The notes below the pieces were generated by a model that saw nothing but the letters and a program-made list of their open reading frames with translations, made no database searches and was not told the origin of the DNA. This document shows, in pieces, positions 51,556 through 61,913 of a stretch of 64,000 bases of DNA. Each line of letters starts with the position of its first letter. Position 1 is the first letter of the stretch. Source of the DNA: a virus. Position numbers and translations under genes: made by a program. The stretch spans positions 82,742-146,741 of IMG/VR virus record IMGVR_UViG_3300047994_000087; one strand, 5' to 3'.

Positions 51556-53088
51556 TTAGGCTACGAACCAGTTGGTTCCGTCGTTGTACACGGTGAGAGA
51601 GTCATACTGTGTTAGAATCGGCCAGTTAGACAAACCATTTATAGTCCCAGAAGCAGGTGTAACAAGTACCTTTCCTGTGCCATTGTCTTTCTTCATGATG
51701 ATGTAGGGAATCCACTTATTAGAACTCGATGCAGTAACAAGAGTGGCTGTAATAGTCGATGTACTTGTAGTCACCTGAGTGATGTAATCAGAAGCACCCT
51801 GAGTGAAGTTAGCAGATTGACTGACTAGACTTGGTTGCAGCGGATAACCGCCAAGGTTAGCTAGGGCAGTACTTGCACTTACAGCACCAGTTCCTCCCGC
51901 TCCTATAGAAACCGTTCCAAAACCAGGGGCAGCTGTAGACCCTGTGAAGTTACCAAATGCAGTGTTGGCAGATACTGTGGCGTTGCCCGTTCCGCCTTGA
52001 GCTACTGCGAGAATGTTTGATCCAAACGCAGCACTATCAATATTTGCCCAGCTAGCGGTTGAACCACCGGAGTATAGAACAGTGTGGTTAGCTCCTATTC
52101 CTAATCTTGTTGCAGAGCTGGAGCCATTACCAATAATCAAGTCTCCAGTTGTTGTTATAGGAGACAAGTTGTTGAATCCACCAGATGCAGATGTCGCACC
52201 GGTTCCCCCATGAGTTGTTCCAACTGCTGTACCTGCCCATGTTCCAGAACTGATCGTTCCAACTGTGGTTATAGCAGCTTGCCCTGCCCACGTTGACAAA
52301 ATTCCAATACCAGAACCAGTGACAGTGATCGACGTTCCATCTCCAACAGCAGTAATGATGTTGGACGAGATACTAATACCATTGCCTTGGGAATAAACCT
52401 GACCACCTGAGAACTGAGAGAAGCTGATAGAGGTTGTATCAAGAACAGCAGACAGACCAGGAGTAGCAACGAAACCTTGACCTCCATTAACTGATCCGGT
52501 AGTGACAAATGTGAATGCACTCTTCTCAACCTGAGCACTAGTGTCGTAGTCAGTGGCTCTTGTTAGAACAGCAGCAACACCGATAGCACCAGCGGTAGTG
52601 ACAACATAAATACCGTTTTGACTGGCAGTCGCCTGGTTCTTCACCAAGATTCGGTCGTTGAGCGCAGTTAAATAACCATCAATGGTCAATGTTCCTGTAG
52701 CTGTAACAGTGAAAGTAAAGGTAGGTGTTCCTACGTATGTTCCAGCAGGAAGTGCAGTTGTAGTTGCGCACATACAGGCAGCGTGGATGTCCAAACCAAC
52801 TACAGTGTTGTCTACGTAGTTCTTCGTTGCGTAATCGCCGGAAGCTGTAGGATCAGCTGCCCCAGTGACTTTGAAGCCTCCTGCCGCAAGATTTCCACCA
52901 AGAGTCTTCCCACTAAAAGTCTGTGAAGCTGCCAACATCATGAAGGTATCACTACCACCAGCATCAGGAACAGTAAGAGTGTGTCCTGCTGATGGGTTCG
53001 CAGCAACTATTGTTGTATTACCACCGGAGTTCAAGAAGACCAGGCTTGTCTCAAGAAACTGTGTTGGTAATGTGGTTAGAAACGCCAT
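51556..53088 (-). CDS. Tail fibre-like virion protein
   Basis: ADPT..DYATKNYVD, DRILVKNQ..SQNGIY, LTRATDYD, repeated GGTG, C-terminal DGTNW. Confidence 0.85.
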   Translation of the reverse strand: MAFLTTLPTQFLETSLVFLNSGGNTTIVAANPSAGHTLTVPDAGGSDTFMMLAASQTFSGKTLGGNLAAGGFKVTGAADPTASGDYATKNYVDNTVVGLDIHAACMCATTTALPAGTYVGTPTFTFTVTATGTLTIDGYLTALNDRILVKNQATASQNGIYVVTTAGAIGVAAVLTRATDYDTSAQVEKSAFTFVTTGSVNGGQGFVATPGLSAVLDTTSISFSQFSGGQVYSQGNGISISSNIITAVGDGTSITVTGSGIGILSTWAGQAAITTVGTISSGTWAGTAVGTTHGGTGATSASGGFNNLSPITTTGDLIIGNGSSSATRLGIGANHTVLYSGGSTASWANIDSAAFGSNILAVAQGGTGNATVSANTAFGNFTGSTAAPGFGTVSIGAGGTGAVSASTALANLGGYPLQPSLVSQSANFTQGASDYITQVTTSTSTITATLVTASSSNKWIPYIIMKKDNGTGKVLVTPASGTINGLSNWPILTQYDSLTVYNDGTNWFVA

Positions 53089-53193
53089 CTGACGGATACC
53101 TCTTGAAACTCAGTTCAATAGTAAGTCCGCCAGACATGGGTATTTTCTTTTAGCTTAATTGACTATATCAGCCAATTTCGATGTGCATAAATT

Positions 53194-53574
53194 TTAGATT
53201 TGAGGAGGGCTGAACTCTTCTACCTGCTCCTCAGTCCTAACGGCTTCGAGTTTGTGCTTATTCTTTTTATCAACCTTAGACTGGTGAATACGTCTACTCA
53301 CCTCGCCATTCTTCTCTTCATCCTGATACACTTCATCTCTGATACGCAGCTGTTCTAACTGCTCTTCTCGCAACTTAAGTTCACTCTGAAGTCGAGCAAC
53401 GTCCATGTTAGCTGCATTTAAATTACCCTGTGTGTGTCTAAGTTTAGTGACCATACGGTCATAGTCATTACTGAGGGTAGTGAACAGAAGTCCAATACGT
53501 ATGAACTCATCCTTAGCCAGGTGTACTTGCTCCCACACCTCAGGCATCGTCATTGATTGTTGTTCTTCCGACAT
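53194..53574 (-). CDS. Coiled-coil hypothetical protein
   Basis: ORF; likely start MSEEQ after AGGAG. Confidence 0.6.
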   Translation of the reverse strand: MSEEQQSMTMPEVWEQVHLAKDEFIRIGLLFTTLSNDYDRMVTKLRHTQGNLNAANMDVARLQSELKLREEQLEQLRIRDEVYQDEEKNGEVSRRIHQSKVDKKNKHKLEAVRTEEQVEEFSPPQI

Positions 53575-53585
53575 CCCACGTCTCC

Positions 53586-54089
53586 TTATGTAATGCGCCA
53601 CTTGGTCTCGTCGCTGGTAATCTCTAACGAGTCGATATTGCTTCGAGCCACGTAAATAACAGTACGATCTGCATTCTGAAATGTAACAGTGTTTGTGGAT
53701 GGACCAGCAATTCTATTCAGTTTTATAGTCTTACCTCCTCTAGTCGAAGGGTCTGGGACTGTAACTACTTGATCGTTGTCAGTGCAATCGAAGTCCAACC
53801 AATTTTCGTCGACAATTGTGTACGTAGAGTCAGTCACAGCTGGATTATCTACTTCCCAGTTCTGTCCACCTGGATTACCTTGAGGTCCTTGAGGTCCTTG
53901 AGGTCCTTGGATTCCTTGCACACCTGGGGGACCAACCGGTCCTTGGATTCCTTGCACACCTGGGGGACCAACCGGTCCCTGAATACCAGGAACATCCAGG
54001 CTCAAAACAGTGTCATCTACCACGTCAAGAGTCATTACACAATCAGTAACGTCGAAAGTCAAACAGATGGTAGGAATATCATCAGGCAT
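53586..54089 (-). CDS. Collagen-like repeat virion protein
   Basis: G-X-Y triplets including an exact 36-bp duplication (53905-53976); C-terminal beta domain. Confidence 0.8.
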   Translation of the reverse strand: MPDDIPTICLTFDVTDCVMTLDVVDDTVLSLDVPGIQGPVGPPGVQGIQGPVGPPGVQGIQGPQGPQGPQGNPGGQNWEVDNPAVTDSTYTIVDENWLDFDCTDNDQVVTVPDPSTRGGKTIKLNRIAGPSTNTVTFQNADRTVIYVARSNIDSLEITSDETKWRIT

Positions 54090-54456
54090 ATAGATCTGTA
54101 GTCCAGGACGTAACTACATTGAACTGTCCATCTGTAATTGGAATCTTGAATCCACTTCCGTCAATTAACCACAGGTCCCAATTCAATACGCCTACAGGCC
54201 ACGACGCTGTGACGGCATTTACAATCCAGATCGTAAACTTCCCATTCACTGCATCTGTTATTGTAAGAGAGCCGTTACTCAAAAGAGTGTCGCAGGTCGC
54301 CACAAGAATGCCGTCCGCTGTTTTGACTTCCATCTTCAGGTTGCAAGAGGTTATGTCCAATGGCCCCTTGACCGGAGGAGGTCCTGGACTTGTAGTGGTA
54401 GTCAAACTACCTAACGCACGCCAATCCTGTCCTACCTTAATCTTTATAGCATCCAC
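54082..54456 (-). CDS. BppU N-terminal-like baseplate/fibre adaptor
   Basis: [28 protein letters not shown]...G.F.V pattern. Confidence 0.6.
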   Translation of the reverse strand: MDAIKIKVGQDWRALGSLTTTTSPGPPPVKGPLDITSCNLKMEVKTADGILVATCDTLLSNGSLTITDAVNGKFTIWIVNAVTASWPVGVLNWDLWLIDGSGFKIPITDGQFNVVTSWTTDLYA

Positions 54457-54519
54457 GTAGACAGGTCTCCATTCTTACAGCACTGCCTAATTTTGGAGCC
54501 AAAGAAACGCGCTCCGTAT

Positions 54520-55494
54520 TTATGTGCTGTATTTTCTTTGAAGATAGTCGACTCGGTCTCTCAGAACCTCATTCTCTTTCTTGAGCAACATGTAAGCCTC
54601 ATACAAAGTACACTGACCACAGGCCTCTCCATCTTCTGTAGGCTGCCAGCTGTTAGCCCAGCATCCATCGCAGGTAGTACCTATAGAGCGCAAGATGATC
54701 TGAAGGCGGTGGTTATCCTTCCTAAGAATGTATATCTCCCTATCCTTATCGTCCATCAATACAGATATGAGTTCGGCTGTAGTTCCCCATTCCTGAGAGC
54801 GTCACCAAGCTGAAGGAACTGTTCCTGAACTGCATCAGGATCTGACAAGGTTACTGGCCTGCGTTTGGCGAATATCAGATCATCTATTGCATCCGAGTGG
54901 AACTTACTCATGACCATGAAGGCATAAAGTAGAACTATGCTAGAGTCTCGACTAAGACATCCATCCCGCAATATCTCCTCTCGGAGTTCATTAACTGTTG
55001 GTACGTCGTTGATCAATATTATCGAGCCTTACGTTTCTTACGCTTGCTGCGTTCAAGTCTAGTGATGAGTCGATTCAAGTGTGCAAGTCTTGCTGACTCC
55101 GCATTGACCCTCTCCATCTCTTGCTTGTTCAGGATTTCCTTGAACTTCATTCGGGTCATCCAGAATGCCACTTCATTCTTAGTAGGCTTCTTTGCCTCAG
55201 GGTTTGATACTGTTTGATGCTCTACAGGCATGAATTCAACTATTTCATTAATAGCTTCCTGTATCAAAGGCTCGTTTAAAACTACATCACTCATGTCTTG
55301 CCTTTTCTCCTGGTATGCCTGCCTATATGCCACTTGCCACAGAACTTACATGTATATGGCTCATGCTGTGCTGTGTATAGCTTCTTCTTTCTTCCTTCTT
55401 CTAACTGATAGAGGGCTGAGTAGTACGTCCTGTACGGCCTTTTACGCTCACACACTTTCCACACTTCATCATTTTCGTCGTGGTGATCGGACAA
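54520..55494 (-). other. Four small hypothetical CDS (54520-54759, 54756-55016, 55019-55333, 55291-55494), two with Cys motifs
   Basis: Packed ORFs; 55291-55494 has C..K..Y...Y.C.FCG.WH.G. Confidence 0.6.
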
Positions 55495-55503
55495 ACAGAA
55501 GCC

Positions 55504-56601
55504 TCATCCATAAAGAGAGTTCTCCACACCAGCACACGACAGTAAATGGTGCATATGCTTTGAACTATCAAACCTATCGGAATAGACAATACCTTCAGCT
55601 ATCTCTACAGGACAGTTTTTGCCATTCTTGTTGGTGAGGAAGAAGATGCTCTCTCCACAGAATCGACAACGACAAGTCTTTGGAGGCACTAGCGGAGTCT
55701 CTTTAGACGGAAGGTCCTTACGTTTCTTTCTGAGGTCAGCAAGGAACCAGGTGAACTGGTCGAGCAGGGCGGCGGAACCTTCGATCTGCTCCTTCAGGGT
55801 TAGAGGTAATGCATCAACAGCACCTCTCAGTACCGACAGGGAATCCACCTTCACTGACTCAAGGGCTTTAGTCCACTGAGTTTCCAGGGATTCTTCCTGC
55901 GTCAGCGAAGCGGAGCCGCATTGGTCTGCTAGAAAACTAGAATCAAATTCTTCTTCTAACACTAAGTCTTGTTCACATGTTCTAGTGAGGCAATGGGGCT
56001 CCACCTGTTTCAGGAACCTAGAAGCATTACGCTTACTGCATTGAGCGAGTTCCACCAGTTTGTTCCTGGACGGTGGTGCGCCGTGAGTGACTAAGTAATT
56101 ATCATAGACAGCCTGTATCCTGTCGACTGACTCCTGGTGGCTGATTATTTTCTTGTTGTCTTCCGGTGCAACGTGCTTTACCTTTGGCTTCCAATACGCC
56201 TTGACTATGCAATCCCATTCAACATCCTCACGGTCATCGTCAGACATCAGCAAGAACTCAGAGTCCTGTCTGTGTCGAGCAATCATGACCTGAGCCCGCT
56301 CTTCTGGGTCTTTAATGGCCGGATGCCCCTTCCACCCACAAAAAAGTGTGTAACAGGCTACTCTGTTTTGGCAACGTCTCATGGACACTTCGCCAGAAGA
56401 AGAGCCTTCCACAAGGAACCGGACGCCTTGAGCTATTCTTGCTCTTTTAGAGCGTTCCTTGTCTAGCTTTACTACGTTGTCGATGGCCTTTGCCAGCAAA
56501 GCTTTTCGCTTGTCTATAGAAGCTTCACTTCTATATTTTTTTATGGCTTCATCGTTGATTGTTTTTGTGGACTGGGTTGAACTCTTGGTAAGATTATTCA
56601 T
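55504..56601 (-). CDS. Putative DNA-binding protein (HTH plus C-terminal zinc finger)
   Basis: PSRNKLVELAQCSKRNASRFLK HTH; CRFCGESIFF...PV...H..SC. Confidence 0.55.
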   Translation of the reverse strand: MNNLTKSSTQSTKTINDEAIKKYRSEASIDKRKALLAKAIDNVVKLDKERSKRARIAQGVRFLVEGSSSGEVSMRRCQNRVACYTLFCGWKGHPAIKDPEERAQVMIARHRQDSEFLLMSDDDREDVEWDCIVKAYWKPKVKHVAPEDNKKIISHQESVDRIQAVYDNYLVTHGAPPSRNKLVELAQCSKRNASRFLKQVEPHCLTRTCEQDLVLEEEFDSSFLADQCGSASLTQEESLETQWTKALESVKVDSLSVLRGAVDALPLTLKEQIEGSAALLDQFTWFLADLRKKRKDLPSKETPLVPPKTCRCRFCGESIFFLTNKNGKNCPVEIAEGIVYSDRFDSSKHMHHLLSCAGVENSLYG

Positions 56602-57104
56602 GTTGTGAATCCTGATGAAACGGTAAGCTCGTTTTATCAGCCAGGGGAACCAAGACAGTTACTAGCTGTCAGTTCCGTAAAAATATCCAGTGGCCTGCTC
56701 TTAAGGAGTGGGCTTCTGTATTCAGAGCTGATTTACCAACCTTATGCCCTCCTTACAGCCTCACTCAAAAACCTACTGCTTTCCAGGAGAGGGCAGAGCA
56801 ACGTCGCAGAATGACATAGCAAGAGTTAAGGAAGGGCCGACCAATCAAAGCCTACGTTGATCGCAAGAAAAACACGATCAAGCTTTACTTCAGATACGAC
56901 AAAGACACTATTGAGCGCATCAAGGCGACTGGTAGTGTCGTCTCTCCATATACTAAGACACGAACATACTGGACTATTAAGCCCACAATTGAGTCACTAG
57001 AATTTCTTGTAGAGGAAGGGGCTGACTTCCCTGTTCCTGGAGATGAGCAATACGTATTCCAGGACCTGGTCACGCAAATAGAGAATGACCAGTTACTAAA
57101 AGAA

Positions 57105-58532
57105 GTGAAGGTGCTTCTCTCAGATTCCTTATATGGTGATCCTGTTCCACGTTTACAAAAGCTGTGCTCTGTTCCTATAAGAGAACCGCAATGGGTGCCA
57201 TTGACTTATGCACTAGCGTGCAGTGAGGCGAACTTTCTGCTGGCAGATTGCATGGGAGCGGGAAAATCTGCTGAGGCAGTACTGGTCACGCTTCACACGA
57301 AATTCTCTAAACTCCCTGTTCTTATAGTTGGGCCTGCCAACGTTGTTGATAACTGGGTAGATGAACTGGACAAATTGTTCAATATCAAGGCTCACGTTCT
57401 GACGGAGCCCTTGAAGGAGTTAATACCAGGAGTCCGATTCTATATATGTAGCTATGGTCAGCTGAAGAAGCAAATGGTCGACGGCAAGAAGATGGTTGTA
57501 GTTAAGAAGACTGTGACCGTCGACGGCAAGAAGAAAGTCATCAAGGCCAAGGAGTTAGAGAAAATCCCTTCCCCACTATTTAGAAAGGACTGGTTCATCC
57601 TGGTTGACGAGTCACTTGCAATAAAGAAAAGGACCACACTCGCCTACAAGCGTCTGAAGAAGTTTCGTAAGTATTCCACAAATATGATCTGCATGACTGG
57701 CACTCCATGTGACCGATCTATTGATCTGTTCACCACTCTTGATCTGCTCATAAAGAACTTCATGAGCTACACAGCATTCGCAGAGCTGTTCTGTGGAATG
57801 CACTGGACCAAGGGTCGAATGGTGGTGACGGGATCTACCAACATGGCAGCTCTCAATAAACTCATGAGAGAGAACTGCCTGATCAGGAGGACAAAGGAGC
57901 AACTACTTCCCTTCCTTCCTCCTAAGACAAGACAAACATTTAATCTTGGTCGGCACAGTCTGCCCAAATCCAAGAGCGCCCTTCAGATGTTCACAGACAA
58001 TGCTAAATACAAAGCAGCAGATCCTGACTTTAAAGAGTGGCTAACTCAAGCAATGGATGTGGGAGAGAAGGTGTTGGTGTTTGGTCACCACAAAGAAACA
58101 CTCAAGCTGGCTGAAACTATCTGTAAAGAGAATGGCTGGAAGTTTGTTCGTATTGATGGGGCAACGTCAAACAGGCAAGAGCTGGTTAGACAGTTCCAGA
58201 ACGATCCTACTATCCATACATTTATCATTAGTCTAACCGCTGGAGGTATGGGGTTAAACATCACTGCCGCCAACATCAGTATTTACCCTGAATGGCATTG
58301 GTCTCCTGCCGTGATGAATCAAGCAGACGAACGAGCGCATAGACCAGGACAACTGCAAGCTTGTTACTCGCTGTATCCGCTGTTGACCACTTTCGATCAC
58401 TACATAAGAGACATCATGTTCTCTAAAATGGAAAATTCAATGCGTATCGTAGACGGTGGAATTGATGACGACGTTTCATCCTCAGACATACTGAGACAAA
58501 TAGCAGTGGACTACGACGTGCCACTGAAGTGA
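57105..58532 (+). CDS. SNF2/SMARCAL1-like helicase (true start probably ~56844)
   Basis: LADCMGAGKS, ILVDES, MTGTP, RIDG, AGGMGLNITAA, QADERAHRPGQ. Confidence 0.9.
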   Translation: MKVLLSDSLYGDPVPRLQKLCSVPIREPQWVPLTYALACSEANFLLADCMGAGKSAEAVLVTLHTKFSKLPVLIVGPANVVDNWVDELDKLFNIKAHVLTEPLKELIPGVRFYICSYGQLKKQMVDGKKMVVVKKTVTVDGKKKVIKAKELEKIPSPLFRKDWFILVDESLAIKKRTTLAYKRLKKFRKYSTNMICMTGTPCDRSIDLFTTLDLLIKNFMSYTAFAELFCGMHWTKGRMVVTGSTNMAALNKLMRENCLIRRTKEQLLPFLPPKTRQTFNLGRHSLPKSKSALQMFTDNAKYKAADPDFKEWLTQAMDVGEKVLVFGHHKETLKLAETICKENGWKFVRIDGATSNRQELVRQFQNDPTIHTFIISLTAGGMGLNITAANISIYPEWHWSPAVMNQADERAHRPGQLQACYSLYPLLTTFDHYIRDIMFSKMENSMRIVDGGIDDDVSSSDILRQIAVDYDVPLK

Positions 58533-58538
58533 GGTCAA

Positions 58539-58931
58539 ATGAACTTATTAGATAAGATCAGAATATTTGATAGTAGGTTAGCGGCAAGAGTACAGAACAC
58601 TCTGTTCAGATTGTTCCATCCGAAACAAGCTGCGGAACTGGATGAGAAAGTAAAGAAACTAGAGGCTATGAAAGCTGCTGGTGTTGCTCGTGATCGTTTG
58701 AGAGAGGATCATTACAAGCAGGTCAATGTCGACATTCTATCTAGGCATGCACAGTGGCTAACCAGTTCTGAGGCATTAAAGTCTCACTACCTAAGGCAAT
58801 ACATAGGTGAATTGGTCTTGGGATATTTGAAATTCAAAGAAGACTACCCATGGACTCGTACAGAAGAGTATTTTGCAAACTATTCCTGGCGCACACCCAA
58901 ACAACAACCAATCACGAACATAGATGAATAA
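58539..58931 (+). CDS. Hypothetical protein
   Basis: ORF with GAGG SD. Confidence 0.65.
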   Translation: MNLLDKIRIFDSRLAARVQNTLFRLFHPKQAAELDEKVKKLEAMKAAGVARDRLREDHYKQVNVDILSRHAQWLTSSEALKSHYLRQYIGELVLGYLKFKEDYPWTRTEEYFANYSWRTPKQQPITNIDE

Positions 58932-58934
58932 CCT

Positions 58935-58964
58935 TTGACAGAATAATAGCGCTTATGCTAGTTT
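58935..58964 (+). promoter_or_regulatory. Promoter of the same family, copy 3
   Basis: TTGACAGAATAATAGCG identical to copies 1 and 2; GCTAGT at the same offset. Confidence 0.7.
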
Positions 58965-58974
58965 GGAGAAGTGA

Positions 58975-59505
58975 GTGGTAAACGGAAAAAACAAAGGGAA
59001 CCAGTTCGAACGTGATATGTGCCGTCGACTATCTATATGGATAAGCGATGGTAAGCGAGACGATTTACTTTGGCGCTCTAACAGCAGTGGTGGTCAGTTC
59101 ACTCAAAGGGCTAAGACTAAGGGAGGGTTTGAGTCACAAGCGGGCGATATCGTGTCAATAGATCCCCTGTCAAAACCCTTCATGGATCTTTGCACAGTTG
59201 AGCTAAAAAACTATAACTCCTTGCAGCTACAGGGTTTGCTGTATTTTGGCAAATTTAAAATTACGACCTTCTGGCAAACGCATGTAGCATTGAGTAAGAA
59301 GGTCCATAAAATGCCGATACTGATCGGCAAGGAGCTTAGGAAACCCACAATCATACTTCTCCCGCCCATGGCAAGGGATGTCTTCAAATATGAGAAGGCA
59401 CCTCTTACTAACGGCGCCTGCACAGTATCCCTTTTGGAGGATTTCCTTACCGACAACCCATACAAATATTTTGAAACAAGAGAAATAAACAAACTAATGG
59501 AGTAA
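58975..59505 (+). CDS. Holliday junction resolvase (Hjc/PD-(D/E)XK type)
   Basis: KNKGNQFER, RSNSSGG, GDI, VELK, FW. Confidence 0.85.
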   Translation: MVNGKNKGNQFERDMCRRLSIWISDGKRDDLLWRSNSSGGQFTQRAKTKGGFESQAGDIVSIDPLSKPFMDLCTVELKNYNSLQLQGLLYFGKFKITTFWQTHVALSKKVHKMPILIGKELRKPTIILLPPMARDVFKYEKAPLTNGACTVSLLEDFLTDNPYKYFETREINKLME

Positions 59506-59509
59506 CCAT

Positions 59510-60769
59510 ATGGTACTAGAAGAAATCGCCAACACTGTAGACGAAAAAATTCCCACAACCGTAAAAGGTCTGTGTAGCTTCGTGCGGAGAGCTGCTAAGA
59601 AAACCTCTGATGTTAAGATCTGGTCCTCTTTGTCGGATGAAGCACAGGACTATCTAACAGCTTGCCGTAAGGCTATGCAAGAGCAACAAGAGATCCCACG
59701 TCCTGACGATTTTGTTGACGAGAGCAGTAATGTGAGTGGTACCGGTGAAGAAGACGATGAAGCTCCTCCAGCCAAGTTCAAGGTCAGCTGTAATGGCAAA
59801 AACTACTCTATCGATAATGTGCTCATGCAAATGGAGCAAGGCCGTCTCAAACTGCCTTCATTCCAGAGAAAGTTTGTATGGCCTAAGCCTACACAACAGA
59901 ACTTCATCCGTGCTGTCCTGGACGATATCCCTATCATTGGGTTGACGTTCACACTGGATCTTAAGTACGGGAACGACCGCTATATTATGGATGGATTTCA
60001 GAGGCTGTCCACGCTTAAGGCGTTCAAGGATGGGGAATTCACTTTACCTAAGGGACATGAGTTTGCGGGAGTGAAGTTTGACGACCTTCCTAAAGAAGTG
60101 AGGACTCATTTTCTCTGGAAGGACATTATGGCTAACGAGGTGATCGCAGACCGTGACGTATGGCCATATATATTCCGGCAGATTAACAGAGGGGGTAATC
60201 CCCTTAAAGAGGACGAGATACGTCGAGCTACTCCATGGGGTAAGGATCATCAACAACATCCAGTCATTGAGTTGTTTGATGAGCTAGCAGAAAACCATTC
60301 TCAGTGGCTCGAAGTGTTTGGCAAAAACTCACGCTATAAAGGGTTCGGCGCGTTGGTACGTGGAGTTGCCATGCATACAAGCTACAAGCTCTTCACTAAG
60401 AAGATGTCACCATTCCTGGACACGTTTTGTAGTTCCCTTGATGTGCTTCAACTGGATGCAAAAAACCTACAAGAGCGCCTTTCTTTGATCTTCTCCGCCC
60501 TTGCTGAAGAGATTGGTAAGAGCAGCTTCCGAAATGGTAAGACAGTTAATGCTGGTCTATGCGATTGCATGTTACACGCTGGGTTATTACTCACTGCTGA
60601 TGCGTCCAATTTCCCAGAGTCAGAGGAGTTAGGCACTAAACTCAAGCAAGTAAAGGCTAAGCTTCTGGCTGACCCTGCTGTAGTCAATGCCATAACTAAT
60701 GACACCTCTGGTAGGGCGTCTGTAATGACTCGCATGGAAGCTGTGGAGAAAATTATAGAAGGGCTGTAG
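59510..60769 (+). CDS. DUF262 (GmrS/ParB-like NTPase) domain protein
   Basis: LPSFQRKFVW, IMDGFQRLSTL, IFRQINRGGNPL. Confidence 0.85.
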   Translation: MVLEEIANTVDEKIPTTVKGLCSFVRRAAKKTSDVKIWSSLSDEAQDYLTACRKAMQEQQEIPRPDDFVDESSNVSGTGEEDDEAPPAKFKVSCNGKNYSIDNVLMQMEQGRLKLPSFQRKFVWPKPTQQNFIRAVLDDIPIIGLTFTLDLKYGNDRYIMDGFQRLSTLKAFKDGEFTLPKGHEFAGVKFDDLPKEVRTHFLWKDIMANEVIADRDVWPYIFRQINRGGNPLKEDEIRRATPWGKDHQQHPVIELFDELAENHSQWLEVFGKNSRYKGFGALVRGVAMHTSYKLFTKKMSPFLDTFCSSLDVLQLDAKNLQERLSLIFSALAEEIGKSSFRNGKTVNAGLCDCMLHAGLLLTADASNFPESEELGTKLKQVKAKLLADPAVVNAITNDTSGRASVMTRMEAVEKIIEGL

Positions 60770-61414
60770 ATGAGTAGTAAGGGAAGAGGGGGAATGCCAA
60801 GCATTGAGAAAGACCAATATTTTACTCCTCTGTGGTGCCTAGATTCCTTAATAGATGCTGGCATTCCCCCTCTTCCTTTTGACTCTTCACTACCTTGGCT
60901 AGAACCGTGTGCCGGATCAGGGACAATAATAAAAGCCTTCGACATGGTCGACTGGCATGCAGTAGAGCTAGACGAAAAGTATAGGCAAGATCTAGATACC
61001 ATAGACAACGTTCAGACTGTATCTTGTCCACAAGATTTTCTAACCAAGGATTTCAAACAGAGGTATGCTGCCGTACTAACCAATCCTCCTTATACATTGA
61101 GCTTTGATTTTGTACAGAAGGCTATGTCACTGTCAGATACAGTGATTATGCTTCTGCGCTTGAATTGGCTTGGCTCCATTGATCGTTATGACTTTCTCAA
61201 AGCGGCAACACCTGACGTGCACATATTAACACCACGCCCAAGTTTTGTTTACGGCACCACTGACTCTACTGAGTACGCTTGGTATGTGTGGTCCCCATTT
61301 TCTACCGGTAAGATACACATGTTGAAGATGGGACCAAAGAGAAGTAAGAAAGTATCTAGGGAGTTCAAATTGTACGATGCCACTGGACGAGTCAGATTGG
61401 ATTCCACTGCTTGA
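60770..61414 (+). CDS. N6-adenine DNA methyltransferase
   Basis: D.Y.TP, LEPCAGSG, TNPPY, LLRLNWLGS..R, RPSF..TDSTEYAW. Confidence 0.88.
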   Translation: MSSKGRGGMPSIEKDQYFTPLWCLDSLIDAGIPPLPFDSSLPWLEPCAGSGTIIKAFDMVDWHAVELDEKYRQDLDTIDNVQTVSCPQDFLTKDFKQRYAAVLTNPPYTLSFDFVQKAMSLSDTVIMLLRLNWLGSIDRYDFLKAATPDVHILTPRPSFVYGTTDSTEYAWYVWSPFSTGKIHMLKMGPKRSKKVSREFKLYDATGRVRLDSTA

Positions 61415-61913
61415 AGAAATGAGCAGCCACGACCTTACTAGGGTTGAGGAACTGATAGTAAAAGTTAAAGCTCACAGGATGTCGTCCGACCGTGTGGGCC
61501 GTCTGTTTATGCAACTGAGAGAAGGGTTCAAAGCGGGGGAAAATCCTCGCTTTTCTAGTTCTCAAGTTAATGTGTTTAAGCCATGGGATGCTCGTAAGGA
61601 AGAAGAGCAGAAGCAGTTTAAGGAAGCATGGGCAAAAGCGGTCAGTGATTTTACAGACAAGGGTTTCACTGATAACAAGCGGCTTCATGGGCTGATCATT
61701 AGGACAGTGGTTAATAGTCCATATTTCAAGGACAAGCTCTTGTGGTCCCTTATGCTGGATTCCTTGAGTCAAGCATATAGCCTCTTCGAAGACCAGTGGC
61801 CGTATGTGAAGACGCACGGCCTTACGTTTATAAGAGAAAACCTTGATGACAACAGATCAACAAACACTTCCAGAGAATCTACAACGGAACGTCCTGAGCC
61901 TGCTGCTGTTTGA
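61377..61913 (+). CDS. Hypothetical protein in the replication operon
   Basis: Overlaps both neighbours. Confidence 0.6.
   Translation: MPLDESDWIPLLEEMSSHDLTRVEELIVKVKAHRMSSDRVGRLFMQLREGFKAGENPRFSSSQVNVFKPWDARKEEEQKQFKEAWAKAVSDFTDKGFTDNKRLHGLIIRTVVNSPYFKDKLLWSLMLDSLSQAYSLFEDQWPYVKTHGLTFIRENLDDNRSTNTSRESTTERPEPAAV

Noticed and set aside
48966-54456. Diversity-generating retroelement or invertible fibre system
   Set aside because: No reverse transcriptase, invertase, TR/VR pair or flanking inverted repeats are visible in this window.
631-56466. Plus-strand ORFs in the track before 56.6 kb
   Set aside because: Nearly all are antisense shadows of the densely packed minus-strand genes, and none shows a recognisable motif.
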